A stretch of 64,000 nucleotides of DNA from an uncultured Pseudomonadales bacterium (GTDB taxonomy: Bacteria; Patescibacteriota; Microgenomatia; UBA1400; PJMF01). Below the pieces are notes generated by a model, which worked only from the letters and a program-made list of their open reading frames with translations, did not search any database and was not told where the DNA came from. Every line of letters starts with the position of its first letter. Position 1 is the stretch's first letter. Positions 10,023 to 19,386 of the stretch are shown here, piece after piece. The stretch covers positions 8,072 through 72,071 of the forward strand of contig CAZKVV010000006.1 of the NCBI GenBank assembly GCA_964556485.1. Direction: 5' to 3'. The translations under genes were made by a program, and so were the position numbers.

Positions 10023-10265
10023 CTATGCTTCTTCGATTAAGCGAAATTTGCCATGATGCTTTGTCTGATGTTGCTGCTGCAATAATTCAGAAAGCACATC
10101 GATTTTTTTTTGCATTCGAACTAATTCAGCTTCAAATGTCTCTTGAGATTGCTGTGGAGCAATAAGTGAAAGCGCCTTCACTCTGCTCATTCTTGCAGAC
10201 AGGAAATCTATGCGCGCTTGGATATGCTTGCAACAAACATGTGTGATCATTTTGGCACTTTCCAC
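10023..10265 (-). CDS. small hypothetical protein (80 aa), upstream of and co-oriented with the LCP gene
   Basis: ORF only. Coiled-coil-like Q-rich C-terminus. Confidence 0.35.
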   Translation of the reverse strand: MESAKMITHVCCKHIQARIDFLSARMSRVKALSLIAPQQSQETFEAELVRMQKKIDVLSELLQQQHQTKHHGKFRLIEEA

Positions 10266-10394
10266 AATATGTTGTGCTTTAATAACTTTAAGCTCACTAT
10301 AAAACAGACAAAGACTGATGTAAAGGGATAGATTCCCTCAGCAGCTTGCTGTCAGTGTGTCAAAATCGAAACTGCTATATACTAAAATCTGCGT

Positions 10395-11093
10395 ATGAAC
10401 GAGTATTCAATTTGTGAATCACAACCTTGGGTGTGTACATCACTTCCTAGACTCATTTTGCAGCATCATTCAAAAATTCTGCTGCTCTTTACCATGCTCT
10501 GCGCAATTACAGCCTTTCTCACCGTAATTGCCATTCCCTTTTTAAAAAAACAAAAAAGAAAACGTCATCCCGTTGTTGCCTTTTTCATCATTTTTTTCTT
10601 TTTGTTGTTAACCCCAGCAATTGTATTGCAGCTTGGCTTTGCCAACCAAAATATTAAAGTTACCTCAAACTTAGTAAAATGCATGACAATCAAGGCAGAG
10701 AATCAGTGTTTTGTGTTCGCTGCCATCACCGCAGTGGAGCAGACAGATACGACAACCAACTTTGATAATGCCTTTTCAATCTGCAATACCACGGCATTTC
10801 CAGAAAAATGCAAGGTGTCAGTCTGCGACGGATTGCATATAAAAGGAGAAGTTACGCCAGAGAAAACTGAACTTTTGAAGGCGGAGAAAATTACCTGTTG
10901 GGAAAAAGCAGCACCAGTGTGTCCAAACGGCGTGATTTTAGAAAACATACCTTGTGGCTGCTATTCAGCAGAACTTTCACGATACGCGGTGCATACTCAA
11001 TTTTGGCTCAAAGAATACTGGAATAAATACCGACAAATGGATCCCAAACCATTTTGCTGCGACGGAGAGAAGAGTAGTGGTTGGTGTAAATAA
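10395..11093 (+). CDS. membrane-anchored cysteine-rich hypothetical protein
   Basis: Predicted TM segments followed by an about 150-aa ectodomain with about 12 Cys (CxVC, CPNG, CGC, CC motifs). Confidence 0.5.
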   Translation: MNEYSICESQPWVCTSLPRLILQHHSKILLLFTMLCAITAFLTVIAIPFLKKQKRKRHPVVAFFIIFFFLLLTPAIVLQLGFANQNIKVTSNLVKCMTIKAENQCFVFAAITAVEQTDTTTNFDNAFSICNTTAFPEKCKVSVCDGLHIKGEVTPEKTELLKAEKITCWEKAAPVCPNGVILENIPCGCYSAELSRYAVHTQFWLKEYWNKYRQMDPKPFCCDGEKSSGWCK

Positions 11094-11121
11094 AAAAAAT
11101 GGGACGGCTCGCACCGTCCCA
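11092..11121 (-). terminator. rho-independent terminator for the minus-strand small membrane-protein gene
   Basis: On the minus strand: GGGACGG-tgcgag-CCGTCCC followed by TTTTTTTT. Confidence 0.55.
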
Positions 11122-11137
11122 CACAACAGAGGTTAAG

Positions 11138-11338
11138 TTACTTCTTATTTTTGAAAAATACTTGCGGCAATTGCCGCATGATATAGCCAATAGCACCACC
11201 AACAACCGCGCCAACCAGCGCAAAGGGTGCATATTGGCTCATCTGGGTAATTTCTACGTTCATCAGGTCCGGCCCCGCACCAGCTGCTGCTGCAGCGCAT
11301 GCAAGAGCCATGCCTAATACTACAAATAGTGTAGCCAC
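11138..11338 (-). CDS. small two-TM membrane protein (66 aa)
   Basis: GTG start 8 nt after GGAGGA. Hydrophobic MATLFVVLGMALACAAAAAG...VGAVVGGAIGYI. Confidence 0.45.
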   Translation of the reverse strand: MATLFVVLGMALACAAAAAGAGPDLMNVEITQMSQYAPFALVGAVVGGAIGYIMRQLPQVFFKNKK

Positions 11339-11522
11339 TTGTTCTTCCTCCGTTTAATGAACTAGCCCCATACAACCTGCTCAATTGGTGTGGTTGCGGA
11401 GACGGCGGCATTATATATCTTATATAAAAATTAATCAAGTTTGACTTGGATTGGCACCTCACAATAAAGCTAGGAAAAAGACGATCTCTTTGATATAATT
11501 ACGCCCTGTTGCAGTATAAAGT

Positions 11523-11596
11523 GGGTCAGTAGCTCAGTCGGTTAGAGCACCTGCCTCTTAAGCAGGGTGTCGTGGGTTCGAGTCCCACCTGACTCA
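11523..11596 (+). tRNA. tRNA-Lys (anticodon CTT)
   Basis: Cloverleaf with 7-bp acceptor (one G-U), anticodon stem CCTGC/GCAGG with loop CTCTTAA, and T-arm GGGTTCGAGTCCC. No encoded CCA. Confidence 0.85.
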
Positions 11597-11692
11597 CAAA
11601 TTATCGCTTCTCACTCCAAACTCCTGAGTGTAAAGCTCCCTCAATAGGTTTTGTGGCAAGTGTAAGTAAATATCAACATGATTTGAAATGAA

Positions 11693-12106
11693 CTAACCTT
11701 CTTTCTTCCTTCTTGCAATCACATCCGATTCATTTCTAGGTCGTGAATAGACAACTACTTGATGAATCAGTCTATGGATGAGATCAAACAACTCCTGACG
11801 ATCATTCAAAATTTTATCCGATGACTTACCATATTTTTTGGCGTAAAGCTTGAAATTTTCTTCATAACCTTTGGATAGTTCTGCCTGACTTAGTTGGTAA
11901 TCAATTTCTTTGATCTTCCCTATGCATTCTTGCTCTTTACTTTCCAAATCCTTCATTTTTGCCAACAACGTAGGAGTATCAAAAATTCCTTTCACATGCT
12001 GTTCTCCGAGGCTTTTGCGTCTGAGTGGAAGGGCATTAAGTAAGCCTTGGTAATGGTCTTTACTTGCCTCTAAATGCTTGGTATTCAATTTTGTAGATGC
12101 AAGCAT
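11693..12106 (-). CDS. hypothetical protein (137 aa)
   Basis: ORF only. Confidence 0.45.
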   Translation of the reverse strand: MLASTKLNTKHLEASKDHYQGLLNALPLRRKSLGEQHVKGIFDTPTLLAKMKDLESKEQECIGKIKEIDYQLSQAELSKGYEENFKLYAKKYGKSSDKILNDRQELFDLIHRLIHQVVVYSRPRNESDVIARRKKEG

Positions 12107-12243
12107 AAGCAGCTTTGGGGTTAGTTAGAAGCTGTCTGACAAACTCAATGACATATTCTTCTAATGGCTCTGCTGGGATTGGAACAACAGGACAAATAAT
12201 ACTGTGCCTTACTCACATTCAACTTTTGATATAATCATTTTAT

Positions 12244-13062
12244 ATGCCAGGAGAAGATAGCTTTGACGCCAGACCAATAATACCAACTCCTCAAGTTGAC
12301 TTTGACGCTCCAGATTTTCGTAACGCATCTGTTGGTAGAGTTCATACAGCATTAGGTGAGCAGCTCACAGGATTAAAGCAAGCTTTGCAAGGAAGAAATC
12401 CAGAACAAATACGAGATTCCATTACCAGAAGTGCTGATAGTATTGATCGTTCGGTCTTGGGAGCTACTGAACAAGAAGATATTGCTTCAACGCCCTATAC
12501 TGCGATAGTTCACGCTTTTGGGATGCCAATCTGGAATAAACCTACGGATACTGCAAGGTTAGAATCGGAAATGCTTACTGATTTAGCAACTCAATTTACA
12601 AGAGGAGAAATGGATGCGGAGAGATTTGCACAAGGAGTTTATTTTCTTCAAGTACTTCTACACAAATATAAAAATGGGAATGGTCGAACCGCGCGAGCAT
12701 TGAAGTTGTTAGTAGAGAAAGCAGGAAATGAAGACATCACTGTGAGTGATGATGATACAAGAGCTGTTCTAGGTATTGGCAGAGAAGGAGCAACTAAAAC
12801 CAGTGAAACTACTTACAGAATCAATTTTAATCCTGATTTTGAACGACTGGTACTTGGAGTTGCGTATTTTGGATTAGACAAAGGACTCGAGTCCGATGAG
12901 GTTACAGGAAAATTAAAACTTAATGGTGCGTTACCAGAACAAGGCTTGGATGCACTATCACAACGATTGGGAACTGCAAAACCAGAAATCAAAGAAGATT
13001 TTATTCGCTTTATGACTGTACGCTCTGACCTTGGTTGGTGTGATTTCACTGATACTAAATAG
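12244..13062 (+). CDS. Fic/Doc (Fido) family-like protein with a variant active-site motif
   Basis: HKYKNGNGRTARAL resembles H-x-F-x-(D/E)-G-N-G-R-x-x-R, with Asn in place of the acidic residue. Confidence 0.45.
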   Translation: MPGEDSFDARPIIPTPQVDFDAPDFRNASVGRVHTALGEQLTGLKQALQGRNPEQIRDSITRSADSIDRSVLGATEQEDIASTPYTAIVHAFGMPIWNKPTDTARLESEMLTDLATQFTRGEMDAERFAQGVYFLQVLLHKYKNGNGRTARALKLLVEKAGNEDITVSDDDTRAVLGIGREGATKTSETTYRINFNPDFERLVLGVAYFGLDKGLESDEVTGKLKLNGALPEQGLDALSQRLGTAKPEIKEDFIRFMTVRSDLGWCDFTDTK

Positions 13063-13762
13063 TTATACACTTCTCGTTTGAGTATGCAGCTTGTGAAGGA
13101 CTCCTTTATCCAGTGTTTCAGTTGAGCAAATGTTCACCTTGAGCGACTTTACTACCGATAATGGGTATTTGTCGAAGGTAATCTTCTTTGCCTGATACTT
13201 CAACAATGTGCCAGGAGTAAGCCATTTCTCGATCACTTCTACGACTGTTGGCAGTTGTTCCTGATTTTCGTCTTTGGTTTTCATTTAGTCCTATTCTACC
13301 AAGTTTTTTGTCCAGATCATAATGAGAGAACACTAAATGATACCTGTCATAATACTCGGCTGGAATGATATAGTCTGATTGTCGTTCTTGGTGATACTTT
13401 GTATCCCACAAGGTACAATTGGATTTATATATATTTGTCTTTTATGCGTCCCAACTTTCCATATGTTCATATGTTATAGTATGCCCATTATGAAGGAGCA
13501 ACCAGCATACAACTCAGCCGAAGCTCTAAGACATGCACTATCCATACAGGATCAATTAAAGCAAAAATAGGAACAATTTCTATATTCTCCATACACCTTC
13601 AGGAATATATGTCTTGCTCTGCATATACAATGCCAAGAGGATTAAAAAGAGCAATAGAGGAATGGGTTGGTTCTATGGCTATTGCCACCGATTCTTCCAC
13701 CTCAACAACATAATATCCAATGTTAAGTACACAATGTATAATTCATACTAATTTAAAAAAGT

Positions 13763-14113
13763 ATGGACGAAAAAGTAAAACAATATATCGACAAACAACC
13801 ATCACCTCAAAAAGAAATCATGGAGAAGGTGAGAGTAGTCATTCAACATTCCGCGCCACTTGCCGAAGAAGCAATGAGTTATGGTGTGCCCGCATTTAAG
13901 TTGCGTGGTCATCTCCTGGTAGCATATGCTGCTTTCAAACAACATATTGGCATATATCCTGAGCCTCAAACAATTGAAGTATTTGAAAAAGAATTGCAAA
14001 ACTATACAACTTCCAAAGGAGCCATACAGTTTCAAATAGATCAACCAATTCCCTATGATTTAATGGAAAAAATTGTTGCTTATAAATATGCAAATCTAGA
14101 AAAAACGTTTTAA
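13763..14113 (+). CDS. DUF1801 (YdhG-like) domain protein
   Basis: 116 aa. MSYGVPAFKLRGHLLVAYAAFKQHIGIYP is the family pattern. Confidence 0.55.
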   Translation: MDEKVKQYIDKQPSPQKEIMEKVRVVIQHSAPLAEEAMSYGVPAFKLRGHLLVAYAAFKQHIGIYPEPQTIEVFEKELQNYTTSKGAIQFQIDQPIPYDLMEKIVAYKYANLEKTF

Positions 14114-14496
14114 TCCCGTTGATTAAACATCAAAACATACCCAGAATTGTCTTCACAAGAAAACTCTGTTGTTGCGTAATCGGTTGCGTGCAATTGCTGA
14201 ATAATAGTCACCTTATCCTTGAGATCATTGTAAAGTTCATCAATGTTTTCAACTGTGAGATATAAAGCAATTGACCCACCAACTGGCATCGTTTTAAATT
14301 GGGGAATTTCCTCTGAAAATTGCTTTCTTTCATACAGCATTAATTCAACTGGACCATTTTGCAAAATAACAAAAAAAGGCTGTTGTTCTGGAACCGAAAC
14401 AATACAACTAAAACCTAAGAATTTAGTATAAAAGTTGAATGATGCATTCATGTCATCTACCATTAATTCAGTTGTCATTGCTTTTAGTTTTATCAT
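14110..14496 (-). CDS. VOC/glyoxalase-bleomycin-resistance family protein
   Basis: 128 aa. FYTKFLGF...VELMLYE...DNSGYVLMF is the VOC fold pattern. Confidence 0.65.
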   Translation of the reverse strand: MIKLKAMTTELMVDDMNASFNFYTKFLGFSCIVSVPEQQPFFVILQNGPVELMLYERKQFSEEIPQFKTMPVGGSIALYLTVENIDELYNDLKDKVTIIQQLHATDYATTEFSCEDNSGYVLMFNQRD

Positions 14497-14555
14497 TCAA
14501 CTAGTATGGCATTGGGAGTGGTATAAACAAATATATGATGGTAATTAAAATGATG

Positions 14556-14629
<74 letters not shown>

Positions 14630-14728
14630 AAGTAATTGGTAGCTAGGTTAGCATTATAGCAGCAGCACCAACCGAACAACAACCGAAATTCATCTGCAAA
14701 AAAGAAAAAGAGCGGTATAATCAAAGCT

Positions 14729-15418
14729 ATGAGCATGAGTTACTACCCCTTAATCGACAAAGCACTTCAATTCTTGAAGATAAAAGAGCAAGCGACAGAG
14801 CATGAACATGTGTTCACAAAGCCATTTATTACCATTGCTAGAGAACCAGGAAGTGGCGGTGCCCCAATTGCAAAAGCAGTGGCAACAAAACTCAATTATG
14901 AATTTGTTGATGAACAAATTATCGATGAAATTTCTAACTCAACCAAACGCCGTAAGGAAATTATCAAAGCTATCGATGAAAAGAGTAGAACTAAAATTGA
15001 AGATGTCGTTCACTCGCTATTAAACCTCGAGTATATCGACGACTCGGCATACGTCTCCGAGCTCGTCAAAGTCATTTTGGCATATGCATTTCAAGGCCGG
15101 TGCGTAATTTTGGGCAGAGGTGCTAATTTCATCACTCCATTTGCTAAAGGCTTGCATGTCAATATCACCGCACCTTACAAAGTTCGTGTTCAACGAGCCA
15201 TAGATTACGAAGGACACAACTTGAGTAGAGCCAAAGAAGTTATTGCCAAAATTGAAAAAGAACGTGAAGATTTTGTGAAACAGTACTTCAAAAAAGACAT
15301 CACTAAACCAAATGCCTATGATGTTACGCTCAACACAACATATATTAACTTCGACCAAGCTAGAGATCTGATTATTGAGGCGTTCTATCAGAAGTTTCCA
15401 CACTCGCTAAAAAGATAG
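14729..15418 (+). CDS. cytidylate kinase-like family P-loop protein
   Basis: PFITIAREPGSGGAPIAKAVATKLNYEFVDEQII is the Cytidylate_kin2-type N-terminus. Confidence 0.7.
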   Translation: MSMSYYPLIDKALQFLKIKEQATEHEHVFTKPFITIAREPGSGGAPIAKAVATKLNYEFVDEQIIDEISNSTKRRKEIIKAIDEKSRTKIEDVVHSLLNLEYIDDSAYVSELVKVILAYAFQGRCVILGRGANFITPFAKGLHVNITAPYKVRVQRAIDYEGHNLSRAKEVIAKIEKEREDFVKQYFKKDITKPNAYDVTLNTTYINFDQARDLIIEAFYQKFPHSLKR

Positions 15419-15433
15419 TACAATAGCACTCTT

Positions 15434-15517
15434 GCCAGAGTGCTGGAATGGTAGACAGGCTAGTTTCAGGAACTAGTGCTCTTCACGGGCGTAAGGGTTC
15501 AACTCCCTTCTCTGGCA
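15434..15517 (+). tRNA. tRNA-Leu (anticodon CAG)
   Basis: Long variable arm. Anticodon stem CTAGT/ACTAG with loop TTCAGGA. T-arm GGGTTCAACTCCC. Confidence 0.85.
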
Positions 15518-15614
15518 CAGTTGTAGTGTGAACTGGTGTAGTTTACGGCTTGCACTTCCGAAAAAGGGGAGAGTCATTTATAATACAAGCCTTGGTGGTT
15601 AAAATACACGCACA

Positions 15615-15695
15615 TGCCCAGGTGGTGAAATGGTATACACGTACGCTTGAGGTGCGTATGCCGAAAGGTGTGGAGGTTCAAGTCCTCTCCTGGGC
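15615..15695 (+). tRNA. tRNA-Leu (anticodon GAG)
   Basis: Long variable arm. Anticodon stem TACGC/GCGTA with loop TTGAGGT. T-arm GGTTCAAGTCC. Confidence 0.8.
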
Positions 15696-15746
15696 ACCGA
15701 ATTGTTTTGAATAAACAGCTGCTTCTCAAAACAACGTCGTAAAAAA

Positions 15747-15822
15747 GGAATGTTAGCTCAGTTGGTAGAGCATTCGGCTTACATCCGAAGGGTCAGGGGT
15801 TCGAGTCCCTTACATTCCACCA
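15747..15822 (+). tRNA. tRNA-Val (anticodon TAC), CCA encoded
   Basis: GGAATGTTAGCTCAGTTGGTAGAGCATTCGGCTTACATCCGAAGGGTCAGGGGTTCGAGTCCCTTACATTCCACCA. Track ORF 15750..16019 overlaps it and is spurious. Confidence 0.85.
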
Positions 15823-16087
15823 AAACATCCATTCCCATAAAGCAAATTGCCAATGTCCAAACCTCAACAAGTGAAAATGGTGATCAAAAGTTTAATGCCA
15901 TGAATATTGGGATGAGATGGATTCTAATTGAAACTACTGGTGGTAAAACGCACAAAGTTAAGCTTCGTCAGAAAGATGCAGAGGAAGTATCAGAAAAAAT
16001 TTTAGAACTTATAAATTAGATAGGGCCTGTGGCATAATATCACTATTAGAACACAGGCCCATCTCATTTACTGACCACTAAACAACT

Positions 16088-16225
16088 CTATTTCTTACGT
16101 CTTCGGTCAGGGGCCTGTGTTAAAGCACTAGCCGACACACTTTTGACATTCTTGCTCTTGCTTGTCCGCAATAGTTTCGAAGCTTTTTTTGCCACTGGCT
16201 TGCTTGTCTTTTCGTTTCTTGCCAT
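16088..16225 (-). CDS. small basic protein (45 aa) with a consensus Shine-Dalgarno. Missing from the ORF track.
   Basis: Minus strand AAAGGAGGATATA-ATG. MARNEKTSKPVAKKASKLLRTSKSKNVKSVSASALTQAPDRRRKK. The hairpin GGGCCTGTG...CACAGGCCC (16022-16062) follows it. Confidence 0.4.
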   Translation of the reverse strand: MARNEKTSKPVAKKASKLLRTSKSKNVKSVSASALTQAPDRRRKK

Positions 16226-16339
16226 TATATCCTCCTTTCTGCAATAAATTTATACTGATAAAATATATAGCATTAAATTGGTTTAAATTCAACAATATAA
16301 ATCAACTTTAGTAAACATATTGCAAATATTATATTTATA

Positions 16340-17539
16340 TTGTATAATTGGATCATGATCAAAAACTTTAAAGTCAAAAATTTCTATTCATTTAAAAATG
16401 AAGTTTCTATAAATTTCGATAGAGAAGATAAAGAAGACATTTATAAAAATATATTCTTTTTGTATGGACACAATGCATCGGGGAAAACTAATTTCTTAAA
16501 AGCCTTTTCTTTTTTATCCTGGTTTGCCACATCTTCTTGGAAAAGCCTTGAAGCAGATGAAGATATCCCTTTAGATACTTATAAATTTTGTAAAAATAAC
16601 GATGGAATTTCTTCATTTGAAATCGTTTTTTCGACTAAAAATGATAAAACGTATAAGTATTTAATTGAATTAACTGAAAAAAAAGTTATCCAAGAGAGAT
16701 TGTGGTTACAAAATGAAAAACAAAGGACAACTTTTTCAACTTTATTCAAAAGGGTCTGGGATTCAAAAAAAGAACAATATAATTCTGATTATAGAAACTT
16801 TTGGGTTTCGGAAAGTTCTCTTAATGAAATGATGCAAAATAGAAATAATTGTAGCGTTATTTCCGTATTAAATCATATTAAACAAAAGGAAACTCTTCCA
16901 ATAATTGATGCTTTATGGAGCATAGAAAGCAATGTAAACCTCATGGGTAAAAGAGCCTATGATCAATTAGAAGAAATCATTAAAGTATCCCAATTCTACA
17001 AAAGAAAAGAAGAGATACAAAAAAAAGTCATCAATCTAATAAAACATCTGGATATTGAATTAGATACTATGGAATGGGAACAGGTGTTTCATAAAGACGA
17101 TAAAGAAAAATTCATATATTTACCCAAGCTCAATCACAAGAACTCTAGTGGTGAAATCTATAATTTGCCATTCATGTATGAATCGAGTGGAACGAAAAAT
17201 CTTTACATCATACTTCAATGGATAGTTGCAGTACTTAACCAAGGTGGTATGGCCGTCTTAGATGAAATTGATGCTGATTTACATCCATTGGTAGTGAGAA
17301 AGCTATTGAAATATTTTACAAACCCCAAAAACAATCCTTTTGGTGCCCAGTTAATCGTCAGCACTCACAGCACTGAACTAATGAACATGCTTTCTAAGGA
17401 AAACATTTTCTTTGCAGAAAAGAATGAAGAGCTTGAAAGTTCTATCTTTTCGCTATCAGAGATTGGTGGAGTAAGAAATACAGAAGATTTTTCTAAAAAA
17501 TACCTTTCGGGGGCCTACGGTGGAATAATGAATGATTAG
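16340..17539 (+). CDS. AAA_21/ABC-type ATPase (OLD/AbiLi/PtuA/AriA-like)
   Basis: N-terminal FFLYGHNASGKTNFLKAF Walker A. C-terminal AVLDEIDADLHP (Walker B) and LIVSTHSTELM (H-loop). Very AT-rich. Confidence 0.8.
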   Translation: MYNWIMIKNFKVKNFYSFKNEVSINFDREDKEDIYKNIFFLYGHNASGKTNFLKAFSFLSWFATSSWKSLEADEDIPLDTYKFCKNNDGISSFEIVFSTKNDKTYKYLIELTEKKVIQERLWLQNEKQRTTFSTLFKRVWDSKKEQYNSDYRNFWVSESSLNEMMQNRNNCSVISVLNHIKQKETLPIIDALWSIESNVNLMGKRAYDQLEEIIKVSQFYKRKEEIQKKVINLIKHLDIELDTMEWEQVFHKDDKEKFIYLPKLNHKNSSGEIYNLPFMYESSGTKNLYIILQWIVAVLNQGGMAVLDEIDADLHPLVVRKLLKYFTNPKNNPFGAQLIVSTHSTELMNMLSKENIFFAEKNEELESSIFSLSEIGGVRNTEDFSKKYLSGAYGGIMND

Positions 17540-18047
17540 ACAAAAAAGAACCACTGTTTTTGTTTGTGTCGAAGGAGATAGCGAAGAGGCTTTTATAAAG
17601 TTTATTCGGAAAAAATACTCTAGGGGGAAAACTTATATAACGGTCGAAAATGCTTACGGAGGATCACCTGACGTCGTTGCTGAAATTGCAATAAAGAGCA
17701 TATCAAGATTGGATGTTTCTCATAAAATCGTTTGGTTTGATGACGACAAAGATCTTTCAAAAGAATGGGAAGAGCAACTAAAAAGCGATGGGTTTACAAT
17801 CTTGAGGTCCAACCCCTGTTTAGAAGGTGAATTATTCCAAATTCTGGGTGAGGAAAAAAAGTATCGTAGAAACCAAGCAAAAAGATGTAAAAAAGATTTC
17901 CAGAGAAAGTACCTAAATGAAAGAACTTGTTTAGAGATTGATGATTGTGAAAAGCTATTCGACAAGATATTTTTACCCGGTCATCTTGAATTTCCATCAG
18001 AAGTTATTACGCATTTGGTAAAAATTGCTTCAAAGGAAAAAATATGA
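17532..18047 (+). CDS. DUF4276/RloB-like (TOPRIM-like) protein
   Basis: 8-nt overlap with the ATPase gene (coupled). TTVFVCVEGDSEEAFIKFI (conserved E) and VWFDDDKD (DxD) fit the TOPRIM-like RloB/DUF4276 pattern. Confidence 0.6.
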   Translation: MIRQKRTTVFVCVEGDSEEAFIKFIRKKYSRGKTYITVENAYGGSPDVVAEIAIKSISRLDVSHKIVWFDDDKDLSKEWEEQLKSDGFTILRSNPCLEGELFQILGEEKKYRRNQAKRCKKDFQRKYLNERTCLEIDDCEKLFDKIFLPGHLEFPSEVITHLVKIASKEKI

Positions 18048-19222
18048 AATCAAATGAGATGGTAGACAAAATAGAAGCTCTTCAAGAACTTGTAAAAAAA
18101 TATTCACCTCTAATCAGGGATGATAACGATTTTTACTCACCTGATGCTTTTAATCTCAGAGAGAAAATTCAAAACTTGTATTATGAAATTGAGCCATATT
18201 TAGATGAGGCAATTGGTAAGCCAGTAGTAGAAGTTTACCAACAAAGAATGCCTGCCTTTGATACTGCTTTTTCAGAAATGAATCCTACAGCTTCTTTTTA
18301 TGCAATAAAATCAGTGCCTCAGTTACTAAGAAAAGCGGTAGCACACTACAGAAGAAAACCTGATGAGAAAACCGTTGAGTCAACAAAAATAGACTATACA
18401 GGCGAAACAGGACTATATATTAAAGAAGAGATCATTGATTTAATTTCAAAAAAAGAAAATGGATTTGACTACTCAAAATTGAAGGTCTTAATTGATGAAT
18501 TAAATAAAAGTCATCTCAATCACGATGTATACTCTTCACTTTCACTTATCAGGACCATACAAAACCATATTCCACCATTGTTTGGCTTTAACACTTTCGA
18601 AGAAGTGGCAAGTAATTATAGTTGGGGAACAACTGATAAAAAATATGTCCAAATCTTACTAGAAAGTAGAAATATCTCAGACGATACTCTGCATAGAAGA
18701 ATTAGCAATAAAAAAGATTTGGCAGACATGGGAGATATCCCGGCTAAAATCTGCTTAAACACCTTACTTCAAGAAGCATTGGTAAACGGGCTTACTTTCA
18801 ATCAATACATTGATGCTAAAAAAATGAAAAGCAAAGTCCAAAAAACAAATAAAAAACAAACTGATGATAAAAGGCCTTTACTGATTGCAACTCTAGGTTC
18901 TAGCTCTAGAGGGAACGGAACTTATCAAGCACATGTTTCCATTAAAAACTATGGTAAACAAGTGGCCTTCATTAAATCAGCTGAGTTTGGTGATGTTATC
19001 GTTAAAAAGAACAATCTGGCAATTGATGAAAAAGAATCAACTGAACTTCTTTTCCAATTACATAATTCTAATCTCAGAAATAATGATCTCAAGAACCCAA
19101 AATTTGTTATCAGCTATCAAGACATTGCTGGAAATAGTTATACAACCGCACATGAATTAAATACTGAGCTGGGAGATAACAAACTAATTATTGTTCGGAG
19201 TTTTGGGGAAGCAAAATACTAG
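18044..19222 (+). CDS. hypothetical protein (392 aa), third gene of the coupled operon
   Basis: ATGA overlap with the preceding gene. No recognisable motif. Confidence 0.6.
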   Translation: MKSNEMVDKIEALQELVKKYSPLIRDDNDFYSPDAFNLREKIQNLYYEIEPYLDEAIGKPVVEVYQQRMPAFDTAFSEMNPTASFYAIKSVPQLLRKAVAHYRRKPDEKTVESTKIDYTGETGLYIKEEIIDLISKKENGFDYSKLKVLIDELNKSHLNHDVYSSLSLIRTIQNHIPPLFGFNTFEEVASNYSWGTTDKKYVQILLESRNISDDTLHRRISNKKDLADMGDIPAKICLNTLLQEALVNGLTFNQYIDAKKMKSKVQKTNKKQTDDKRPLLIATLGSSSRGNGTYQAHVSIKNYGKQVAFIKSAEFGDVIVKKNNLAIDEKESTELLFQLHNSNLRNNDLKNPKFVISYQDIAGNSYTTAHELNTELGDNKLIIVRSFGEAKY

Positions 19223-19315
19223 TTCACTACTTCAACTCGTCAATCCCTTCACACCTTAAAACTAACTGTGCTTCCTGATGAACTGACAGTTCCTGACGCT
19301 TTATGCTGTCCCACA

Positions 19316-19367
19316 TAAAAAAATAGGAGGTGTGAAAGCAGAGCTGCAACACACCTCCTATAAAAAA
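19316..19367. terminator. bidirectional rho-independent terminator
   Basis: AAAAAAA-TAGGAGGTGTG-(16 nt)-CACACCTCCTA-TAAAAAA. 11-bp perfect stem with A/T runs on both sides. Confidence 0.6.
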
Positions 19368-19386
19368 TGTAGTTCAAAAAAATCTT

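Noticed and set aside
11145-11462. 105-aa minus-strand ORF overlapping the 66-aa membrane-protein gene in another frame
   Set aside because: Cys/Arg-rich low-complexity translation with no RBS. The overlapping 66-aa frame has GGAGGA and a plausible two-TM product.
15750-16019. Track ORF (89 aa) starting inside tRNA-Val
   Set aside because: Its first 25 codons are the tRNA-Val gene itself (GGAATGTTAGCTCAG...CCA). I treat it as spurious. Only the tiny downstream MNIGMRW... ORF (39 aa) could be independent, and it has no RBS.
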